From assembly GCA_015680685.1 (NCBI GenBank), contig MNCI01000986.1:668372-732371 (forward strand): a stretch of 64,000 nt of DNA, given 5' to 3'. Below are positions 1-12,720 of this stretch, piece by piece. Every line of letters begins with the position of its first letter. Position 1 is the first letter of the stretch. The translations under genes were made by a program, and so were the position numbers. The DNA is from Gnetum montanum (taxonomy: Eukaryota > Plantae > Gnetophyta). Below the pieces are notes generated by a model that saw only the letters and a program-made list of their open reading frames with translations, did not search any database and was not told the DNA's origin.

Positions 1-779
1 CGCCATATCTATAAATAAGAGACGGCACTCCCTTCATTTCCCANNNNNNNNNNNNNNNNNNNNNNNNNNNNNNNNNNNNNNNNNNNNNNNNNNNNNNNNN
101 NNNNNNNNNNNNNNNNNNNNNNNNNNNNNNNNNNNNNNNNNNNNNNNNNNNNNNNNNNNNNNNNNNNNNNNNNNNNNNNNNNNNNNNNNNNNNNNNNNNN
201 NNNNNNNNNNNNNNNNNNNNNNNNNNNNNNNNNNNNNNNNNNNNNNNNNNNNNNNNNNNNNNNNNNNNNNNNNNNNNNNNNNNNNNNNNNNNNNNNNNNN
301 NNNNNNNNNNNNNNNNNNNNNNNNNNNNNNNNNNNNNNNNNNNNNNNNNNNNNNNNNNNNNNNNNNNNNNNNNNNNNNNNNNNNNNNNNNNNNNNNNNNN
401 NNNNNNNNNNNNNNNNNNNNNNNNNNNNNNNNNNNNNNNNNNNNNNNNNNNNNNNNNNNNNNNNNNNNNNNNNNNNNNNNNNNNNNNNNNNNNNNNNNNN
501 NNNNNNNNNNNNNNNNNNNNNNNNNNNNNNNNNNNNNNNNNNNNNNNNNNNNNNNNNNNNNNNNNNNNNNNNNNNNNNNAAAATACCAAAAAAATCACAT
601 ACCTCAGACTTGCTTAACCATACACCGTGACACTTACAAGCAAGCCTGGGAAGACAACGAACGATTAACCCCAAGTGTTTCTTGTGGTGTTAAGGCATTT
701 AGTCTGCGGAGTTCGACTGGATCGCGCGTGCACGCTCGTATTCGTATGGTTGAGTGTAGGGGTACCTCACCACTCATCA
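1..779 (+). mobile_element. Athila-family LTR (3' or solo LTR), spans the gap
   Basis: 1-43 and 580-779 are reverse-complement homologs of the LTRs at 26282-27109 and 35391-36183. It ends ...CCACTCATCA at 779 and is not followed by a PBS. TATAAATA is at 10-17. Confidence 0.85.
44..579. other. assembly gap (N run) inside an LTR
   Basis: Continuous N run; both flanks match the same LTR family. Confidence 0.99.
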
Positions 780-2831
780 CCTATTAATCTCACTACAACA
801 TAGTTTGAATTAATTACCACCAAAGTAAAATTAATCATGGCTGAAACTAGGGCAAAACATGCTGAGAATGAGCTTCATAGATTATAAGAAGAGCTTGTAG
901 CCCTAAAAGCATAAAGGAGAGATCCAACTTAGCTCATAGCACTAGAGCAGATAGCATAATTCAAAACTAAGCAAATGAATTTCCTCCATAAGAACAATAA
1001 AGATATAGCAGATGAGAAAGAAAAGGTAGCATGAAAAGCTTCAGTAGCTAAAGCCCAATCATATGCCCATGCCAAAGCACTTGCTGCCTTATAGGAAGAA
1101 AATAAACAACTTGTTGCAAACAACATGAAGTTGACCATAGTAGAAAAGTAGAAAACCACTATAGAAGAAAGCATCCATAAGTTGAGAGAGTAGTTGATGA
1201 TGGTCAACCAAGATACGAGTTGCCTTGTAAGAGAAAACAAAACCCTCTTTATGGAGGAGGTACATGCCATCCAACAGAAATCAGCTCATGGTAAAATGAT
1301 GCCAAGAAACATGAAAGGCTCAAAGAACACTTCTAAGACCAAGTAGGCATGTACAAGTCGATAAATGAGAAAGAGATCCAAATGGAAAAGGCCAAAATCA
1401 GTTCGATTGTAGCACAAAATCCAAATTGGCAACTCATCTTGGATAGTATGGCTTAGACCTATCAAGCAAAAGTGAAAAATAAAGGCCTACAGATAGAATA
1501 CTTAAAAGAATACATGGCATTAGCAAACCTCTGTTATGCTAATCTAGCCATGGTAACAACAGGCAGGCCTAGAAATAAACTGGAATAGTGAGTAGCAGCC
1601 ACTTATGCTTTATATGAGAAGGAATTTGTAGATAGAAAAGATGTTCTACAAAAACTTCAAGTAGCAAACTTAAAACTAGAAGTAGTAAATGCTAGCTACT
1701 AGGGACAAAAGGATGTAGCAGCAAATTTGGCTAGAAGATTAATAGCTATCATGAACTTAGAGATAAGGCTAGAGCTTTTGAAGAAGAGCAATGATAGTTT
1801 GCAGCAGCTAATTAGATTTTTCCACAATTTCCATGTTCATGGAACGTGCTGAATCCATCCAACATTAGTTCATCAGCATGAATGGTTCATGATCCAAGGA
1901 TAGAAGAAGAGAAGTTGTAGGCGCTCTTGAACAAATACCAATTTAAGAAGCTTGATGACAAGGGGAAGAAACCTATGGAAGAGCCACCTCTACCTAGAAC
2001 AACATGAGGCTACACTCAACCTTGCCAGATTTTATTTTTCATTTTTTGTCAAAATTGTCATGTCATGTGTTCATTTTTGTAAACTCCACTATGACACTAC
2101 AAAGTCATGTATATAGAAGTTAGTGTCATGTAGATCTAGCTCCCAATTTTGTAAGGAACTCCATCCTGATTTTGTTTTAACTCAAGGATAAGTTTTTAGT
2201 TAGTCATGGGGGTATGATAAATCCAAAAATTTTGAGCCAATGATATCATAGTTATGATATTGTATCTCACCATATGTTATCATATAAACAATATTGCAGG
2301 GTGCATGCTAGCCCATATAAGCAACACTTAGGTGCATTGATTTGCAATAGATTTGATAGCCTAGTAACAAAACTCTTTCAATTTTTTTCTTGGATTCAGT
2401 ACTTAGCAGTGTGATGTTTTGTAATTGAACGAAATCTTTATTTGAGTGTGATGTACTTGGATGCATTACATGACCAACAATAAAGATCAAGATTACTCTA
2501 CATCATTGCAGTAATACTTAGTTTTATTTCTATTTTCAATTAGTTTATTGTTTTATTATTTTCATAGTTAATGTTTATGATTACTTGCGATTTACTTTTA
2601 ATGTCATTAAGCGGAACCAGTACGATTGATCTTGAGTACGTAAGTGTAACTACTTGGTAACCTAGTAGTACTATCAGTTGGTATGCCTAATAGTGAGGTA
2701 CTTGGTAATCCTAGTAGTAGTTGCATGAAGTACAAGGTGTGACTAGAAGATTAGGACCAGCTACTCGACACATAGGCTAGTTAGATTTGTTTTGCTGCTA
2801 CTTAGATTTAGAAACTTTGACTTTCACATCA
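780..2831 (+). mobile_element. 3' part of an Athila-like element: degenerate coiled-coil extra ORF, PPT and 3' LTR
   Basis: Stop-riddled E/K/Q-rich frame at ~830-2010. CTCAAGGAT...TTAGTCATGGGGGTA (to 2214) matches the PPT region next to the LTR at 27110. A putative LTR runs TGATAA (2215) to CACATCA (2831). Confidence 0.7.
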
Positions 2832-3239
2832 TGATTAGTAGAAGCTTAATGTCCAATACAACATCAATATCATATATCTCACTGTGAGTTAAACCATATG
2901 AATTAATTTGACTAACTCACATGGAAAGATAATGCTCGCAAACGCTAACTAATTATTGGTATAATCACATTGCCTTATTTGCGAAGTTTGATTGGGATTT
3001 CACATGAACACTCATATCTCATATGGTTGGGTGTTGAATGCTCCACTGCTCATCAAAAGGTTTCAACATCCATTGGAAGTGATAAGGACTTTGGTAGTAA
3101 GGGTTTTAACATTGGGGAATTCTACGATAAGAATTTTAATATGGATTTGATTTGAGGTACTAGGAAGGATAATTAGAGGTAGGATAGATTAATTGAGCGA
3201 GGATTTGTTGGTAAAGAGATTGATTTATTTGCCTAAGAA

Positions 3240-6200
3240 ATTTGAAAATTTTATCATGGCATCATCATAGGGTACACAAAAAAAATCTCTAATTGCAACT
3301 AATCTCAAAGAAATTCTAGTTACACAATGGGAGCATATGGTTAACAAAATGATATTGCTAAATAAAATTCATGAACAAAATACAAAAATTATTTGAAGGT
3401 TATTAGCCCTTGAAGAGAAGATTGATGGAGAAAAGAAGACTAATACTTCTTCAAAGAATAATGAATAGACTTTGCTAAAATTAGTAGAACTTGAAGCTAA
3501 GGTGGAGGAAAATAAAAATGAATCTAAACTTAAAGGAACAAAGATAAAGATGAGATCTGCAATCACAAAAGTTTTAAAAGAGCAATATGAAAAAAGAGTA
3601 TAGGAAAAAAAGTTGCAATTTGTAGGTATCCTAAAGATAGAGGGTAAATTGTAGAAAATTTTGATTAAGAAAGTTGAAAATTTTATAGATGATATGCATA
3701 TAACTTCTCTAAACATTGATAAATTTTTTAGAGAATCATGTGAATAACAAGAACCGCTTTGACATGTAATTGTTAAATTTCATAATGTAGAATATAGAGC
3801 ATATTTGGAAATACCAAATCCACTTGAAGCATAGTCAGAATGGGAAAAGTATTTGGATAAACAAGGATCTTACTCAAAAAGAACTTGCAAAAAGGGTTGA
3901 ACAATAAATGAAGGTTAAGATTACTTATGAAAAAGGTTTTGTAACATACTTAAATGCTCATAACATAGTAGTAATTATAAATAAGTAGTATTCAAAATTT
4001 ATTTAAAGAATGTATAGGTCCTTGAAGGTGTGAATTCTTTAATATAGATAATGGAATTGCAAATAAAGTCATTTCATTAAATAGTATTAGTTTCTTTGAT
4101 GGCTTTGATATTTTTGATTTTTTTGAAACTTGGGAAGATGTTCAATATGTAGATTTTGTAGCTTGTGGATTTATTAAATTTGTTGCAAGAAACACAAGAG
4201 TAAGATGAAGAGGCAAACCTAGTAGTATTGCAGTGCTAATAAGGAAATCTCTTGAAAATTCTGTGCTTTTAGAAAACATTAATGATCATAAAAAATATGT
4301 TTGGCTAAAAATCTTATGTCAGCATGGTTGTGCTTTCCTTGCTAAATGAATTATTTTTTCCCTAGAAATGTTACATTATATGATTCTATAGAGTTAACAC
4401 ATGATCATCCTTTTTAGTTCTTAGGTAGAGATATTGTAATATTTTCAACAAAAGGCTTAATGTTTATTTGTGGAGATTTTAATGTAAGGATAGATCCATA
4501 GTAAACAAAATTATTCAATGATAATATAATGTTGGTAGTTTAGACATTATTGAAGATCACAGGTAGACATGACATTCTAAAAATGGTACTATTAATAAGA
4601 TGGATCAAAAACTATTACAATGAGTAAAAAATTTTGATTGTTTCTTTATCATTTACTTTCACAAGACCTCAAGATAACTCTTACGTTGATTTGCTTTTAT
4701 ATTCTTAAGAAGGTATTGAATTTATTAAGAAGTTGAAAGTTGAAGAAGATTTAGTAGAATCTTGCTATCATCATGTAGAGTTTTTGTTACAAATTCAAAT
4801 TATTTCTTATAAAACAAAAAATAAGAATGGAAAGAAAATTCATTATAGAGTCACCCCATAAATGAAGAAAAAATATATGGTTGCAGCACATAACAAATGG
4901 ACTCTTGAAAGATAGCATAAGTAGCTTGAATAAATTTTGCTTACAACAATTAAGCAAGTTATGCGTTCACAACAATAGGGTGCCTAGAAATCTTGGTTTG
5001 ATAAGGATTGCATTGCAAGCTAGATAGAATATTAAAAATGCAAATAAGAGTCACACACAAAGTTTAGTTAAGGCATATAAATATTTAATTAGAATCAAGA
5101 ATAAAAAATTTATTAAGAAGCAACAAGAATATTTTGCTTACAACATTAAAAATGAACCTAGATAGTTTTTGTAGTGTTTTCATTATAAACCCTCTTCATA
5201 ATTTAATTTTTATTTTCAAGATATTTGTTCATTTTACAATAACTATTTACAAGAGAAGATGATAATTCTAGTGCTATTATACATCAAGCACCTCTCTAAT
5301 TTACTCTTAAGGAAGTCATAAAGAGTATTAAAATGATAGCGTCTAACAAAGCTGTAGATTTAGATGGTTTGCATGCAAAATTATCACAGTGGAAAATACC
5401 TTCTATTCATAGAGAAATTTTACATAGATTAAGAATTAGGTTACTATTGGAAAACTAGTAAAGTCATTTGGTTATATAAAAATGAGGATAAAAAATTTTG
5501 AACAATTATCAAATGATTATTATAAGAAATATTTTTGCTAAGTTATTGCACACTCTACTAGAAAAAGGAATCAATTCTTAAGCTAAATTTAACTAGGTTA
5601 GAGCAAGGTATCAAGCATGTTTTCGACAAAATCACTCCACTATTGATTACTTAGTTACTCTCACATGTTGCATGGAGTTTGTAAAAATGCCCAATAAAAA
5701 ATTATTTTGTTTGTTTTATTGATTTTACAAAAGCATATGATTTGGTGATTCATACAAAAGTATGGTTGTGCTTACATAAAACTAGCCTCCCTTCAAATTT
5801 GATTGTAGAAACTCAAAGATTGTATGAGGAAGTGATTGTTGAAATTATAGATAACAATTCAAAGAAAAAATTTCAATTCCAAAGCAAAATTGAAGTTAAG
5901 CAAAGTTGTCCACTTTCTTTAACTCCCTTTGGTATTTTTATTGGTGAAATGTAGGAATGGTTATGTAATGACCAAGATAGTCACATGATCAAAATTGAAT
6001 CCTAAGTAGTAAATCTTCTTTTATATTCAAATGATGCTACTTTGATCTCCACTATTGTACAACATATGCAAAATATGTTGCAAATTTTAGAAAACTATTA
6101 TTTCTTATTTGGTCTTCAAGTGAATATGAATAAAACCAAATTGATGATCTAGGGTATAAGAAGTACTTATTATAACTTCCATTTTGAAGGTACCAATATA

Positions 6201-6830
6201 AAAATAGTTTATATTATTTTAAATATTTGGATCTCATTTATATGAACAATTACACGTAGAAAAAGTGCATAAAAAAAAGGATAACATCAAGTTTCAAGAC
6301 TCTACGTGCTTCAAAATAAGTGCAAGGATTTAGGACTCTTGGCATGGAAGATTAGAAAAAAAAAATTTAAAATTGTAATCTATCCTGCTGCATTATATGG
6401 ATGTGTAGTTTGGGGACCTAGACTTAGTGCTAAAACTTAGAAAGATATTGAAAGCATACAAAAAAATTTTCTTCTTGATGAGTTTAAGGGAAAGATACAA
6501 ACACCTTACTCAATGTTATTATGTAAAAGTGATTTATTACCTTTAGAAGAAAAATTTGTATGTCAATTTATTACATATACTTATAGCTTGCATATCTTAA
6601 GACAAGACAATTCTCTAAAGAATTCTTGAAAGTTCACAAGACCAGGTTGGTATTTCTAGGGAATGTAATGGTTAAGAACATAAAATATCTATTAGAAGAA
6701 TATGCAACAAAATCCTAAGTATATTTACTAACTAGTCAAGCAAAATGGTCTTAACACAAATGTAGACTAATGTAAAAGGCAAGAGACAATTTTATTTACA
6801 TCACATTAGATCTAATACACTAGATGTAGA
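3240..6830 (+). mobile_element. degraded non-LTR retrotransposon (LINE, RTE-X/L1-like): ORF1 plus APE endonuclease and RT
   Basis: Endonuclease motifs ETW (~4126) and GDFN (~4472). RT motifs QACFRQNHSTIDY, FIDFTKAYD, KQSCPLS and LLYSND. Many stops and frameshifts; ends approximate. Confidence 0.85.
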
Positions 6831-6857
6831 AGCTTATAATAAAGTATTAGAATGCTA

Positions 6858-8650
6858 TCAATAAGCTTCCCTTAAGTATTCAACTTGTTTAAGCCTATCC
6901 TGAAGTTGTTGAAAAGCATCATCATGTGTGAGCGTAGGGTTGAGAAACGAAGGATCAGTGAGGTGGGCTCTTAATTTTGCAACCTCTGCAGCCAAGCGTT
7001 GATTTTGTGCTTGGGCTATTTCAAGTTGCCACTCCAATATAATGCACTTGCTCCTCACTTCAAGAAGCTTTGATTGGGTTACAATGATGGTATTCAAAAG
7101 ATCAAAGATATTCAAAATCCATTAACCAGTTCCCACTAATCGGTCTAGCAACTCCTCATGCTAGGTTGTACTTAATTTGCTGCTAATTCTTCTTGGGAAC
7201 ATTTGCACATCTCTCATTGTAGAAATGTCTAGTATAGATGCCATAGGTGCATTTAAGGCATTGGTAATTCTATCAAAAATAACCTATGCAGCTATCTCCT
7301 ATCCATGGTTTTGCATCACCAAGATAGTTTCTCCCTTGCCCTCCTCTAGACGCATCAAAAAAGTAGTAGCATTCCCAGAGATTTCTCGGAATTATTACTA
7401 TTGAGGGAGAGATACCATTACCTCTTGGGCATCAAGATTTGATCTTATGGGCAACTACATTCTTTGGACTAAGAAAATTGACCCTCCTCCCTCCATCTAG
7501 TTGATGGTTCGAGCCACTTCATTAAGGCAACTCATTGTTTGATGATACATAAATGGGTTGCCACCACTTGTTCCTACTTGCTGCTCATGCTCATACAAAG
7601 TTGCTCTTAAATCTCACGCATGTATTCAAGGGCCACATGGGCCTTTGATATTGTTTCATGAGTGGGTGATGGAGGTGGTGGCCACTACTCCTCTTCTTGA
7701 GTGATCTTGGTAGGCACCTTATCTTTCATCATCTCTATCCAAGAAGTAGATGGAGCACATCAAATAGTGTCATTAGTATAACATGTTCTACCTCCCCTCT
7801 TGCATAATTTTCTAATGAGGCATGGAAAAGAAAGTACCTTCATTCCACTTTCATTTAATTTAAATTTCTTATCTATCTGAAGATAGATTAGCTATGGAAG
7901 GTTGATGGGGAATTGACCACTTAAAGAAGCACACAAATGAGCAGAGAAAGCGGTGAATTTGCTTGGCCTCACTATTGGGTTGAGGTGGAAGGTTGTAATC
8001 TTAAAGTATGCATGCTTCATCGTGGTGAGTGTGCTAGACTCATTACGATCAACTCCATAACACTACTATGTCTATTCCTTCTTGATGTTAGGATTTGCTT
8101 ACATTGGGATTTTTGCAAGGTTGGCCCTAGTTTTTGGTAATCAAAGGACCTTTGTGATGGCTTTCACTAAGTAGGACATTAAAATGTCCTCGATTTTGAC
8201 CATTGAATTGGCCTATCGATTGTTTTAGAAGAGATATGTCTCTCTAATGTACCACTTCCCGCTGGAAGTGATTTTGGACCACATGGAAGAGTTCTACAGC
8301 TGAGCTTTAATTTTTGATAGTGCGAACTCCAAAAAAGATCCAAAGTTTAATTCTTGAAGCATTGATTTTTAAACCTTCCTATTTGTGATCTACTTGAGGT
8401 AAGCTTTCATCAAGGTCACCTTAAGTTTTGGTCTAGGCACATGTGTCTCATCTTGGTGAGACTATTCTATTGCAGTAGCTTCTTCGAGAATTTGTTGAAT
8501 AGATTCCACTTCAGGCTCCTCCTAAAGAGGTCTCATTGCATGGGTTTTTACTTGCTTGTGGGTCTATTCTTAGCCCCTTCCTATTCTTGGCTACCTATCC
8601 ATTGGTTAGGATGATCCTCCTTCTTGTGCATGTTTTCCCTTAGGTGTCAT
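6858..8650 (-). pseudogene. Athila env-like/extra 3' ORF, degenerate
   Basis: Starts MTPKGKHAQEGGSS directly after a splice acceptor. Contains INLP*LIYLQI...VLSFPCLIRKLC (~7800-7910), resembling the Athila ORF2 motif. C-terminal coiled coil in ORF 6858..7115. Confidence 0.75.
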
Positions 8651-11600
8651 CTACAGTCACAACATAACCAAGGATTAGCATTCAATGTGTAACTTATAAC
8701 ATTTAAGTACCTTTCTCATTGGGTGGTTACACTATAGGTTATGTTTGGACCATGGTAGATTGATTATTTTATTATTGTTTTGATGATTTTTAACTTAGAA
8801 TGTTACTAGAGCTTATTGGAAGGGTTTAACTCTTATAATTTGATGTTTTAATGTTGGTTTCTTTGTTAAACCTTTGTGGGATTTAGAAAATTTCCAAAAA
8901 AAAATTCATCAAAAAATTAAGGTTTGTGGCCTCCACAATAGAAAGCTTATCTTTGATAGCTAAAAAGTCAAAGAATGGAGTGAATTGGACATATGGTTAG
9001 AAAGATACAACTCTTAGAAGGTTCTAGGCTATGAAAAATTCAAAAACTTCCCCCTCATTTATAAGAAAATGTGAAAAATGCTAAGTGTTCATGCCTATTT
9101 AGAGGCGGGTGGACCCCTACATTAAAGAGATCCCATATATGGGGTCCTGTTGATGTATGGGCTCCATCTACGGAGCTTATGACAAAAATTTCCACATTAA
9201 ATATCTTCAAAAATACACAGAGATTTCTTGTGAAATTGGTGTCTATGGAGAGTTAGAGAAGCTGTGAACATGATGAAAACATTAGAAGAGGGATGTAAAG
9301 TTCACAAAATTTGGAAAATTAGAGAATGACATTTTATGGAGAAATTACTTTAAGAAGCACACAGTTGGATGCATCAATGGGACACATGAAAGACTTGATT
9401 ATTGAAATACCTAAGTATAAGAAACTTAACTATCCCAACCAAGAGATATGCAAGTGGGTCCTTCCCATTGTAGGCTTATGTGCTTTTTGGCCTTGCATAA
9501 ACTCAACTAAGGAGTCTATGAGTCCCACAGTTGATTAATGGTTATGAAAAGTTAAGAACTGAATTTGGAAGAATTTATCTAAGAATTTTGACACTTCAAA
9601 CTAAGACATTGAACAAAAACATAGAAACTAGTAGTGAGGTGGGTTATGGAAAGTATTTATAGATGAGAGAAGAAATGGAATGAAATTCCCAATCGTTGTC
9701 ACATGAAGTCCCTTGTGGATTTTATGATTAAATGACCTAATAAAGTCTATCCTTAGTCCAAATCAAAAGCAACAACTTTTAGTGACTTTGCATAATCACT
9801 CTAAGACTAATCCATCCCCTCGAGACATAAGAATGCTCCCACAAATCAATCAACATTCCTTATTTGAGAAGAAAAGAGAAGCAAGAAGTGAGAAAGGGCC
9901 TTAGTTAGAGGGGACCTTCAAGCATGGGTAACATGTCTTTCTAGTATCATAACCAATACTTATAGCTCACTATTTTGTCTAAGGGCTGTGCTTTGAATTC
10001 CCATTGTGTTTTTTAATTTTTTTTTGAATTTTATATTTTGATGGATTTTTGCATGGAACCACACCATGCAAAGACTTATTCAACTTCCTGTTATTGGTTG
10101 ACACGTAATGGTAAGAAATTCATGAAAACACTCATGCACTTAAGCAAGTAGAGAGGCATAAAGAGTATTAAATCCCCTTGAAGTCACACCTTTTTCAAAC
10201 CTTTGAATCTTTTCCAAGTTTGGAAACTACCAACGTCATAAGTTTGTTAATGTTTTATTAAATAAAAAGGGGCCTCATACTTCCCAAACTAGGAAGATCA
10301 TAGAGTTGGTATATGGGTGGATGACGTGGACTCACTACCTATTCCATGAAAAAGAAACGTTGTCTTAGTCATCGGTCATCAAAATTCAAAAATAGAAACC
10401 ATACATTAGTAATCAAAAACTTTAAGTACAAGCCACCATTAGCAAACAGGTACAACATCACTGTGTCCTATAGGCAACAAAGCACTTTTATTAGCAAAAT
10501 ATTAAGAAAATTCTTTCAAAATAAAGTAAAATATAAAAGAAATTGTAAAATATCCAAGAAAGATAAAATGTAGTAATAATGTTATAAAACAAAAATTGGA
10601 AAAATAACAAAGTGTAAAACAAAAATGTATAAAAACAAAGAAAGTGTGAGACAAAAAAGTGTAAAAATAACAAAGTGTAAAACAAAAAATTATAAAATAA
10701 AAATGAGGAAAAACTAAGAAGCCACTTTAATAAGTAACATGGATGGCCATCTCCCCCAAGATTAGGTTAAAAGGAGAAGATTTAAAAAATTGAGCGTCGG
10801 TGTCCATTTGATGAGGCATTGCTTGCATTGGCTTCCTTGGGCTCATGGAAAAGTTTGAGTTATTACATGTTGACCAGTTGCTTCTTGTTTGAGGTCTCAA
10901 GTTAGAAGGAAAAGTTTCATAAATGATGTAAGGCCCTTCTCATAATAGTTGGAACTTAGTTCATTGAGGTACGTGAGTGGGGTTCCAGTAGAGAACCTTG
11001 TCTCCAAGTTGAAATTTAACTTTCCTTATCCTAAGGTCATGACATTTTTTGTTGAATGCCTTGTGCACTTCATTCAAGGACAAGGCCATCAATCGATTTT
11101 CATCTAGTACATTAAGGTTGATCAATCTTTCTTTTTGTGTTAGGCTAAGGTCAAGGTCTAAGTCACAAGCTATTGAAAGTGTACAAAGCTCAAATTGAAT
11201 ATGAAGAGTTGGAAGTTTTTCATACACCAGCTCATAGGAAGAGTATCCTATAGGAAGTTTCCATGTGTAATAGTAAGCCCAAAGGACATTGTTGAGTTTT
11301 GTGCAATAGTCTTTCCTATATTTGCTAATTGTTCTCATTAAGATCTTAGTGATCTCCCTATTAGTGACTTCAACTTGATCATTGGCTTAGGGTGATAAAG
11401 TGTTATTAGTTTATGTTTGACCCCTAAGCGTTACATGAGCTTGTGAAAGGCAGTGCCTGTAAAATGAGTACTACTAGTAGAAATCAGTGCATGTGGCACC
11501 CCAAACCTATTTACAACATTTTGTTATACAAACCGCACAGTAGTAGAAGATTTACATTTAGTGGTTGTTGCTTCTGCCCATTTGGTACAGTGGTCAAGAA

Positions 11601-12550
11601 TGACTATTATGTTCACTTTTTTATTTTACATGGGTGTGATGGGATCCATGAAGTCTATGTACCAAATGTTGAAGGGTTCCAATGGTTGAATCCACTGTTG
11701 AGGCCCCTCCATTCAAGTAGTTATGCCACCATCTCATTGACAGTGTTCACAAGAGCAGAAAAATTAGAGAGCATTCCTAAAGATTATTAGCCAGTGATAC
11801 CCTACCAGTAGGATCTTAATGGGCATGTGTCTCCTTGCATAGTGACCTCCATAAGGGCCCTCATAAGTGTCTTGAAGAATTCACATTTAATCTACATCAG
11901 GAACACATGAACAAACCATGCCATCAACATACACCTTGTAAAGGTGTCCATTGATTTCCATGAAGTGTTTGGCCTAATGAAGAAATTGTTGTTTCTTTCG
12001 ATGATCTAACTCTTATGGTATCTCTTGAGTGAGAAGATAAGTGAGGATGTCATCATACTAGTTTGGTTTAGCGAGCACTTGTTCATTTATTACACTAGAA
12101 AAAATGAGTTCATCAGGAAATTAATTAGAGAGTAGGCTCTTCTCCTCTTTTTTATCCCATCATAACATAGACAAGTGATCAGTGACCACATTCTTAGTTC
12201 CCTTTCGATCTACCATTGTAAGATTGAACTCCTATAAGATCACTAGCCATCGTATGACATAGGGGCTCACTGTCAGCTTGTTCATGAGGAAGTGAATGGC
12301 ATTGTGATTAGTGTTCATAAACACTTTGTATCCAAGCATAGAGTGCCTGAATTTATCTAAGGCATACACCACTACCATCAGCTTTTTTTCTATTGTGGTG
12401 CAATTAAGTTGTGCATCCACAATGCTTCTACTTGCATAGTGGATATAATAAGGATGTTTTTGATCATCCAATTGCATAAGCATAGATCCCAAGGCATAGT
12501 TTGATGTATTTGCCATGATGTGAAATGGATAGGACCAATCAGGTGGTTAC

Positions 12551-12720
12551 ACAGTATAATAGGCTGTTACACTATACTACTATGCTACACACTATAGCAC
12601 TATGCTACACACTGTAGTGCTACGCTACATAGCGTAGCAGGGTGTAGAAAGTGCCATCGTTTTGACACTTAGAAAAATCTACAGTCAAGATGTCGAGACC
12701 CGAAATTTTGTGGTGTTTCA
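12551..12720 (-). mobile_element. fragment of an unrelated LTR end at the PR-RT deletion breakpoint
   Basis: Short GCTACAC-type repeats and a terminal ...GGTGTTTCA (TGAAACACC on minus); not homologous to the host element. Confidence 0.45.

Noticed and set aside
9-674. 221-aa ORF
   Set aside because: Artefact of reading through the N gap within an LTR.
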